A stretch of 64,000 bases of DNA from a virus. The notes below the pieces were generated by a model, which saw only the letters and a list, made by a program, of their open reading frames with translations, did not search any database and had not been told where the DNA came from. This document shows, piece after piece, positions 58,154 to 64,000 of the stretch. How positions within the stretch are numbered: position 1 is the first letter of the stretch; every line of letters begins with the position of its first letter. The translations under genes and the position numbers were made by a program. The stretch lies in IMG/VR virus record IMGVR_UViG_3300027666_000001. The stretch is one strand, 5' to 3'.

Positions 58154-58548
58154 CCACGAAAGGTGGCCCAATGAAGATCTTCGGCAGAGAGCCGGTGTAC
58201 ATCCTGGCCTTCATCGCCGTCGCGCTGAAGCTGGCGTCGGCGTACGGCCTGGACGTATCCGACGAGATGCAGGGCGCCATCATGGCTTTCCTCAGCCTGG
58301 TGGTCGCGCTCGTCGAGGCGGTCGTCCTGAAGACGGGCGCCGTCGGTGCGGCCGTGATCAACCTGGCACAGGGCGGACTGGCCCTGTTCCTCGCCTTCGG
58401 GCTGGAGATGAGTGCCGAGCAGCAGGCCCTGTGGATGCTGATCGTCGAGAGCGCGGTCGCGCTGTGGCTCCGTGAGAAGGTCACGGCGCCCGTCGTCTCC
58501 GTACCGATCGAGCAGAAGGCGCCCGCAGCCTTCAGCCGGGCGGCCTGA
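58150..58548 (+). CDS. holin-like membrane protein (132 aa; alternative ATG 58171)
   Basis: GTGA overlap with the endolysin stop. Three to four TM helices. Confidence 0.6.
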   Translation: MTTKGGPMKIFGREPVYILAFIAVALKLASAYGLDVSDEMQGAIMAFLSLVVALVEAVVLKTGAVGAAVINLAQGGLALFLAFGLEMSAEQQALWMLIVESAVALWLREKVTAPVVSVPIEQKAPAAFSRAA

Positions 58549-58982
58549 TGGCCACGGCGATCCGGCGGCTGTACAAGAGGCTGGGTCGCCGTGGCACCGC
58601 ACTCGTACTCCTGGGGCTGGGCAAGATCTGCTTCGGCCTGGGGTACGCCCTCGATCCGGGCCCGAGCCCGGTTGGCTTGGGACTCCTCAACAGGCATGGC
58701 GGCGTTCAGTGCTGGTCGTCGGTCTGGATCATCTGCGGATCCATCACCTTCGGGTGCGCGTGGCTCCGCATCGGGAGGGATTGGCTCGGTTTCTTCACCG
58801 CGCTGATCCCTCCCCTGGTGTGGGGTTCCACGTTCCTCTGGAGTGCGGTCTCCGGCGACTATCCCAGGGGGTTCGCCCTCGCCGCGTGGTACGCGATAAG
58901 CCATGTCGGCATCATTCTGTGGGCCGCGTCAGTACCCGAGTACTCCGTGCCCCGCCAGACCCTCCAGAAGGAGCGAAGATGA
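58548..58982 (+). CDS. membrane protein, lysis-cassette associated (144 aa)
   Basis: TGATG junction. Four predicted TM helices. Confidence 0.6.
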   Translation: MATAIRRLYKRLGRRGTALVLLGLGKICFGLGYALDPGPSPVGLGLLNRHGGVQCWSSVWIICGSITFGCAWLRIGRDWLGFFTALIPPLVWGSTFLWSAVSGDYPRGFALAAWYAISHVGIILWAASVPEYSVPRQTLQKERR

Positions 58983-59353
58983 GCGAAGACTGGGGGGCTG
59001 TTCTGCCCGTCGTCGGGGCCGTTCTGGGGGCGCTCGCGCTTCTCGGTTCGGGCCTTTTTGCCGCCCGCGCAACCAAGGCGGCTGCCAAGATGACCGCCGA
59101 AGCCCAGCGGGCGACCGCCGTGGCCAACGCTGAACCGGCCCAGCGACAGCAGGATCTGGCAACCTTCCGGGAGATCCGTGACGGACTGGAGAGGAAGCTG
59201 GACCGGCATGAGAACCGCATCGACAGCCTCACTTCTCTGGTCAGGGCATTCTCCTGGTATGTCTCGGAGCTGACCGGGCAGATGCGCTCACACGGCATCG
59301 AACCTCCGGCGCCTCCGGAGAGGATTGTCGAGTACAACCGCAACGGAACCTGA
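58979..59353 (+). CDS. membrane-anchored coiled-coil protein, lysis-cassette associated (124 aa)
   Basis: ATGA overlap. N-terminal TM AVLPVVGAVLGALALLGSGLF followed by a coiled coil. Confidence 0.55.
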   Translation: MSEDWGAVLPVVGAVLGALALLGSGLFAARATKAAAKMTAEAQRATAVANAEPAQRQQDLATFREIRDGLERKLDRHENRIDSLTSLVRAFSWYVSELTGQMRSHGIEPPAPPERIVEYNRNGT

Positions 59354-59354
59354 C

Positions 59355-59386
59355 GAAGGGCCCGGCCGGGGGAGGCCGGGCCCTTC
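59355..59386. terminator. bidirectional 13-bp perfect hairpin
   Basis: GAAGGGCCCGGCC-6 nt-GGCCGGGCCCTTC lies between convergent stops at 59353 and 59392. Confidence 0.75.
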
Positions 59387-59391
59387 TGAGT

Positions 59392-59700
59392 TCATCGCCT
59401 GCGCAGGGCGCCACCGTTCACGATCGACCCCCGAGGGAGGGCGGATTCGCCGGGCTTGCCGTCGTTCATGCGCAGGTAGCCCTTCACTCCGGATCCGCCG
59501 GACGCCGTGCTCCCTGGGATGGCCTGCCGCTCATCCCAGGGCAGATCCGGAAACTCCCGCCGGGCCTTCATCAGGCGCGTGCTGATGGTCTGCGGCGAAC
59601 AGTCGAACCGGATCGACAGGTCGAGATGGGAAAGGCCCTCGATCCAGGCCAGTGCGATCTCACGGTTGTCCAGGTCGGGCCGCTTTACGCGTCCGTCCAT
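59392..59700 (-). CDS. HTH protein resembling sigma-70 region 4 / LuxR-type (102 aa)
   Basis: ATG 59700 behind GAGGGGGTGCG SD. NREIALAWIEGLSHLDLSIRFDCSPQTISTRLMKARREF. Confidence 0.45.
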   Translation of the reverse strand: MDGRVKRPDLDNREIALAWIEGLSHLDLSIRFDCSPQTISTRLMKARREFPDLPWDERQAIPGSTASGGSGVKGYLRMNDGKPGESALPRGSIVNGGALRRR

Positions 59701-60227
59701 CGCACCCCCTCGTTCCGGCCCGCCTCGTGCTCCCTCAGTTCGGGCGTGAGGGAGGGGTTCACGATTCTCAGGATCTCGTAGATGTCGGCGGGGCGCAGGT
59801 GCGGCCACATCATGCTCCGGGCCTCCTTGTACTTGCGCTCCAGGCGGTCCCTGGTGGCCCCGTCCAGGTGCTTGAGGCGGTCAGGCAGGGAGTTGTGGGC
59901 GTTGTCGCTCGTCTTCACCAGCATGGCCGCGTAGCCGCCCTGGATGACCCGCTCGATCTGCTCGCGCTTCGTCGAACCCGGCACCTTCGTGACCGCGTCG
60001 ATGATCTCCAGGGAAATCTCGGTGACGCCTGCCGACCGCAGCGACTCCAGGGTTTCGTCGGTGTCCTCGACGACGTCGTGCAGCAGTCCGGCCACGCGAA
60101 CCGGCTCGGAGAACGACGCGAGACCGGCGGAAACCGCTCGCGCGTGCTCGATGTACGGCACTCCGTTCTTGTCGAACTGGTCCTTGTGCGCCTTGGCCGC
60201 GATGACGTCGGCCTCCCAGGTGCGCAT
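59685..60227 (-). CDS. HD-domain hydrolase, RelA/SpoT-type (p)ppGpp hydrolase-like (180 aa)
   Basis: AHKDQFDKNGVPYIEHARAV...AGLLHDVVEDT matches the HD_4 alarmone-hydrolase signature. TGATG junction with the SNF2 gene. Confidence 0.65.
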   Translation of the reverse strand: MRTWEADVIAAKAHKDQFDKNGVPYIEHARAVSAGLASFSEPVRVAGLLHDVVEDTDETLESLRSAGVTEISLEIIDAVTKVPGSTKREQIERVIQGGYAAMLVKTSDNAHNSLPDRLKHLDGATRDRLERKYKEARSMMWPHLRPADIYEILRIVNPSLTPELREHEAGRNEGVRWTDA

Positions 60228-61873
60228 CACGCATTCCCCTTTTCCGTGTCGTCCCGGTACAGCGAGCCCATCCGGGAGCGCTTGCCCAGGTTGTTCAGGT
60301 AGACCTCGTCGTCGATCGTGCCGACGCTGGTGAACCGCCACCGCTGAACCGGCGAGGTCTGGCCGGGCCGGTGCAGGCGTCCTTCCGCCTGTTCGTTCAT
60401 CACGTTGTCCTCGGTGTACGAGACGATCGCCTCGCACCGGCAGACGTCCTTCAGCCAGTCGACCCCCTCCGAGAGGGACTGGAGCTGCGCAATCAGGACC
60501 CGCCACTGAGTTCCGAATCCGGATTCGATCTGTTTCCGCTTCGCCGTCGTGGTCTTCATCGTCCATGCCACGGACTGCGAACCGAGCGCCTTCTCCGCCA
60601 TCCGGGCCCAGCGCGCCGAATGCGTCCACACCAGCAGGGGTTCCTCCGGCGGCAGGTCGGCCAGAAGATCGATCAGTGCCGTCAGCTTGGGCTGCGGAGC
60701 GTCCTCCTCGTAGGAGACCTCCAGCTTGTCGACCGCGTAGGACACGTGAATCTTCGTCTGGCCGGTGTCCTCGTCGGTCTTCTCCTCCAGCATCTTGAGG
60801 TCGTACACCCTGGCGTCCATCCGCAGATCGAAGTGCTTCTGCGGGGTGACCCAGCTCTTCTTACGGGTGGTCACCTCATCGGCCCGCAGCGTTCCCAGGG
60901 CCGCCTGCCGGAGCCGGGTGCGCTGCTCCACGGGAAGTGGTGCGGCGACCGGCTGATCGGCCAGCCACGCCAGGGACTGCGCCTCGAAGTCGCGGTACTG
61001 CTCAAGCTGCTCCGCGCCGAGCGGCACAAGGATCTCCCGCTCGATGACCGGCGGAAGCTGGTCGACGACCTCCTCCGTGCGGTACCGGACCACGGCCGGG
61101 ATGTCACGCCAGACGCCGCCAGGAATCAGCTCGTCCCCGGGGACCTCCACCTCGACCTTCTTGCCCGCCTTGTAGTAGCTCTTGTCGTCCATGTGGAAGT
61201 GGGTGCGAGCCCAGTCGTGGAACGCCGGGTACCGGTCGGGCCAGACAAGGTTCAGCGGAGTCCACAGGCCCTCCGGCTTGTTTCCTCCAGGCGTCGCCGA
61301 CAGGAGAAGCCAGCGGTCCGCCTTGATGCACTTCAGGACGTGGCGCGGGACGCCGTGCCGGTTCACCATCCGGTGGGACTCGTCGAGGATGACCAGATCC
61401 CAGGTGCCGGTCCGGGTCCACGGCGGGACGGTGCCCTCCTTCATCGCCTTCAGGGCCGCCGCCTTAGTGGCCTTCGGCTCCTTGGCGAGAGCGTTGCGGC
61501 CGTTGGACGCCCGGCGCCTGATGTCCTCCGGAATGCCGCCGTGCATGGCGTTCCAACCGATGATGAAGACGCCGGGCGGCTTCGTGCGGGACGTCAGCGC
61601 GGACCAGTTCTCGGTGTCCTTGCGGTGCGTTCCGAGAAGCCGGGTGAGGCCCTTCTCGGCGAGCGACGGGAACTGCTCCTCGAAGGTTCGCTGCCACTGG
61701 CCGAGAGTGTTGATCGGGGCCACCACGAGAACGCGCGGCATCCGGCCGAGCTTGAGCAGACGCACCGCCTCGACGCTGGTGACGGTCTTACCGGCACCGA
61801 GGCCGGAAGCGTTGATGCCGCCTCCGGCCAGGATGCGCCGCGTCTCCTCCTGGTAGGGACGCAGGGTCTTCAC
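60227..61873 (-). CDS. SNF2/DEAD-like SF2 helicase (548 aa)
   Basis: Walker A GLGAGKT, DExH ILDESHRM, and C-terminal helicase block QAEGRLHRPGQ. Confidence 0.8.
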   Translation of the reverse strand: MKTLRPYQEETRRILAGGGINASGLGAGKTVTSVEAVRLLKLGRMPRVLVVAPINTLGQWQRTFEEQFPSLAEKGLTRLLGTHRKDTENWSALTSRTKPPGVFIIGWNAMHGGIPEDIRRRASNGRNALAKEPKATKAAALKAMKEGTVPPWTRTGTWDLVILDESHRMVNRHGVPRHVLKCIKADRWLLLSATPGGNKPEGLWTPLNLVWPDRYPAFHDWARTHFHMDDKSYYKAGKKVEVEVPGDELIPGGVWRDIPAVVRYRTEEVVDQLPPVIEREILVPLGAEQLEQYRDFEAQSLAWLADQPVAAPLPVEQRTRLRQAALGTLRADEVTTRKKSWVTPQKHFDLRMDARVYDLKMLEEKTDEDTGQTKIHVSYAVDKLEVSYEEDAPQPKLTALIDLLADLPPEEPLLVWTHSARWARMAEKALGSQSVAWTMKTTTAKRKQIESGFGTQWRVLIAQLQSLSEGVDWLKDVCRCEAIVSYTEDNVMNEQAEGRLHRPGQTSPVQRWRFTSVGTIDDEVYLNNLGKRSRMGSLYRDDTEKGNA

Positions 61874-62148
61874 GCGCGCTTCTCCAGCTCGTTCACGGGC
61901 CGCTGACGCTTCTGCCGCAGATGGTCCTTCATGGTGCGGGCCGCCTGGTGTTCGGTGCCGTACGTGTCACTGGGCACGTCGCCGTCGAGATCGACCCAGG
62001 AGTAACCGTCATGGCTGTACTCCTCGCCCGGGTTCCTCGGCACATGGAAGGTCCAGCCGACGATCGTCTTCCGCAGGCCCGTACTGACGGCACGGAAGTC
62101 ACTCGCCCCTTCGTGGACCTTCCTCGCATCTTCCTCGTGCTTCAGCAC
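61870..62148 (-). CDS. hypothetical protein (92 aa)
   Basis: GTG start. GTGA overlap at its 3' end with the SNF2 start. Confidence 0.6.
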   Translation of the reverse strand: MLKHEEDARKVHEGASDFRAVSTGLRKTIVGWTFHVPRNPGEEYSHDGYSWVDLDGDVPSDTYGTEHQAARTMKDHLRQKRQRPVNELEKRA

Positions 62149-62483
62149 GCCTCTTCCCCTTCCGATTCTGCCGCCCTGCGCTGAGCGACTTCCTTCCGGG
62201 CTTCCCGGAGCATGGCCTTGCCGTTGGTCCAGCGCTCGGGGACCTCGTTGATGAACTGAGTCAGCCGATCGCGTATTTCAATCGCGTCGGCCAGGCTCAG
62301 GTGAGGTTCGCGCGAGTTCATGCCGGGCGCCTCATCCACGAACAGCCACACATGCGGACCGCTGGCCGCCGAGGACTCTTGGACGCGGATCTCGACCGGA
62401 TGACCGTAGCTTGTGCGGACGGCGCTGCCGCCGTAGAGCAGGAAGCCACGGTCGCTCGCGGGGACGGCTGGATTCAGAGGCAT
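62142..62483 (-). CDS. hypothetical protein (113 aa)
   Basis: ATG 62483 overlaps the upstream stop by 10 nt. The upstream part of the track ORF is Arg/Gly noise. Confidence 0.55.
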   Translation of the reverse strand: MPLNPAVPASDRGFLLYGGSAVRTSYGHPVEIRVQESSAASGPHVWLFVDEAPGMNSREPHLSLADAIEIRDRLTQFINEVPERWTNGKAMLREARKEVAQRRAAESEGEEAC

Positions 62484-62719
62484 GCGAACACCGCCGCCGA
62501 CTCCGAGTCCCCAGCCAGCCCCAGCTCGCCCGCCATGTCGGCCAGGTCGTAGGGCCACATCTTGTTGGTGTACGTGATGACGACGGTCGCCCCTTCGCGA
62601 CGGGCATGGTTGTTGCCGCGCCTGGCCTCGGGCACCTCGCGAACGTGTTCCATGACCTTCTCCGCCGCTTCCTCGTCCAGGCATACCAGACGGACTTCCG
62701 GCAGCTTCTCACCCTCCAT
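62474..62719 (-). CDS. hypothetical protein (81 aa)
   Basis: ATG 62719 behind GGAAAGGACG SD. Confidence 0.55.
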   Translation of the reverse strand: MEGEKLPEVRLVCLDEEAAEKVMEHVREVPEARRGNNHARREGATVVITYTNKMWPYDLADMAGELGLAGDSESAAVFACL

Positions 62720-62882
62720 GGGCCTGCGTCCTTTCCGCGTCACGTAGCTTCCAGTTCAGGAATGCCACGGCTCCCTGCCGGGCGACTGCATCCTCCATCG
62801 TGTGGGAGCTTTCACCCTCGGCTTCAGCCAAGAGTTCTCGTATGACCCTGATGCGCTCCGGGTCGCTTTCCGTGTCGGCCAT
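62709..62882 (-). CDS. hypothetical protein (57 aa, below ORF-track cutoff)
   Basis: ATG 62882 behind GAGAAAGGAAC SD, with 11-nt overlap of the next start. High GC3. Confidence 0.5.
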   Translation of the reverse strand: MADTESDPERIRVIRELLAEAEGESSHTMEDAVARQGAVAFLNWKLRDAERTQAHGG

Positions 62883-62916
62883 GGCGTTCCTTTCTCGCTG
62901 AGCGCCCAGCCTATTT

Positions 62917-63126
62917 CTAGCCGATCTGACCCAGCATCCCTACGGTGCCCTTGACTGCGTCAAGAGCGATCTGCCCGGTGTTCGTTCCTGCGATGAGGAG
63001 CCCGAAAACCAGCACCAGAACTGCCGTGACTTGCACACTGCCCGAGCTGCGCGGCTCCTCTGAAGGACGGAGTCGGAAGAACAGGACGATCGCGAGAAGT
63101 ACCGCCAGATCGATGTGGAGATTCAT
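62917..63126 (-). CDS. small two-TM membrane protein (69 aa)
   Basis: ATG behind GAGGAGGGGCC SD. Hydrophobic helices. Confidence 0.65.
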   Translation of the reverse strand: MNLHIDLAVLLAIVLFFRLRPSEEPRSSGSVQVTAVLVLVFGLLIAGTNTGQIALDAVKGTVGMLGQIG

Positions 63127-63142
63127 GGCCCCTCCTCGGGGG

Positions 63143-63370
63143 CTACCGGCTCAGGACCGCCTTCGCCCAGGAAGGCGAGAGGCAGTGGGACGGGTGGTTG
63201 AATCCGATGCCGCAGCAGGTGCACAGGCGGATGCCGATGAACCAGTGCGGCACTTGCGGCAGCCGGGTGTCAGCCGATTCACGGTGCGCCGCCTCGGGCT
63301 GGCCGCAGTTCGGGAAGAGGCAGTGCCGCTCCCCTCGGAACACGTGATCACCGATGAGGGTCAGTGCCAC
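63143..63370 (-). CDS. hypothetical Cys/His-rich protein (75 aa)
   Basis: GTG 63370 overlaps the upstream stop by 10 nt (GTGGCACTGA). HCLFPNCG...CTCCG...HC. High GC3. Confidence 0.5.
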   Translation of the reverse strand: MALTLIGDHVFRGERHCLFPNCGQPEAAHRESADTRLPQVPHWFIGIRLCTCCGIGFNHPSHCLSPSWAKAVLSR

Positions 63371-63858
63371 CTGCGCCGCACCTCCTCGATCAGGTGGAAC
63401 GTCTCGGGCGAGGTCGTCATCTGGTGCGCGTGCGCCACGCAGCGCTCCAGACTCTCGACCTTGTTCCCCTTGGTGACGGCCAGGACGAACGGCGCGGCGA
63501 GCCCGCACGGACCGAGCACCTTGCCGCCGTGCGCCTCGATCAGATCCGCCTTGCAGGTTCCGCCCCGGCTGGACGTGGTGGCGATCCACTCGGTGACGAA
63601 CTTCGGCACCGGCCTGACCTCGACCGCCGGGATCTCCAGGTGGTCGCCCCACGTGTCGACGTGCACCTCGGACGTGTTCGGCTCCAGGTAGGACGCCTTC
63701 CAGTAGCGACCCTCGTCCGTGAAGACGACGGACCACAGGGAGCCGTACTCCTGGTGCTCGACGAACTCGCGGTGCACGACGAGCTTGCTCATGCCTTCGA
63801 CGGCGATGTGGTGGCGCTCCAGCCACTCGACGGGGAAGACGCGAACTTCCGCCTTCAC
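63361..63858 (-). CDS. hypothetical protein (165 aa)
   Basis: GTG 63858 in a GTGA overlap. High GC3. Confidence 0.65.
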   Translation of the reverse strand: MKAEVRVFPVEWLERHHIAVEGMSKLVVHREFVEHQEYGSLWSVVFTDEGRYWKASYLEPNTSEVHVDTWGDHLEIPAVEVRPVPKFVTEWIATTSSRGGTCKADLIEAHGGKVLGPCGLAAPFVLAVTKGNKVESLERCVAHAHQMTTSPETFHLIEEVRRRWH

Positions 63859-64000
63859 TGCTTGCGCTCCGGAACCCTCTTGAGGGGACCGATCTCCGTC
63901 ACTGCCAGGGCGGCACGGTTGACGGTACGGCGCACGGGGCCCACCTTCATGCCCCCGATGCCCGCAGTAGCGATGAGTCCGGCCGCAGCGACGCCCACCT
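63855..64000 (-). CDS. hypothetical Gly/Ala-rich protein, C-terminal fragment (gene starts beyond right edge)
   Basis: Open high-GC3 frame ending TGA at 63855-63857, coupled to the next gene. Confidence 0.45.
   Translation of the reverse strand, partial: VGVAAAGLIATAGIGGMKVGPVRRTVNRAALAVTEIGPLKRVPERKQ

Overview
High-GC (roughly mid-60s % by eye) actinobacteriophage or prophage-like DNA with Streptomyces-style codon usage. Gene calls rest on GC3, Shine-Dalgarno sequences and start/stop overlaps; I counted about 35 GTGA/ATGA/TGATG junctions. Functions come from motif recognition only, with no database search.

Layout:
- 1-4906: leftward small genes, including a nucleotidyltransferase and a winged-helix protein.
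- 4907-5786: an 880-bp lower-GC non-coding island.
- 5787-22416: rightward siphovirus head-tail connector and tail module. It holds adaptor-like proteins, two glycosyltransferases, an HK97 gp10-like protein, the major tail protein, a frameshifted tail chaperone, a 1739-aa tape measure and minor tail proteins.
- 22349-56944: a long leftward block. It holds a RuvC-like resolvase, family A DNA polymerase, prim-pol/helicase, RecT-like annealase plus PD-(D/E)XK exonuclease, a third glycosyltransferase, a HAD-like protein, a DEDDh exonuclease and a UvrD-like helicase. A plasmid/AICE-like set follows: membrane proteins, a lytic transglycosylase, two NlpC/P60 peptidases and a lipoprotein.
- 46405-47139: one rightward GntR/HutC-like regulator inside that block.
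- 57053-59353: a rightward lysis island (amidase-LysM endolysin plus membrane proteins).
- 59392-64000: leftward genes (HD-domain alarmone-hydrolase-like protein, SNF2 helicase, small proteins).

No terminase, portal, capsid, integrase, tRNA, rRNA or CRISPR array was found.

Most notable signals:
- A CTAG-centred GGCCTAGGCC palindrome family sits in front of six leftward transcription units, next to the GntR-type regulator.
- A kil/kor-like cell-envelope module lies beside that regulator.
- Three non-coding islands share GAWTCGRG-type iterons.
- Glycosyltransferase genes are embedded in the virion module.
- The tail chaperone extension lies in the +1 frame.
- A coding-like in-frame extension follows a TGA stop at 45175.
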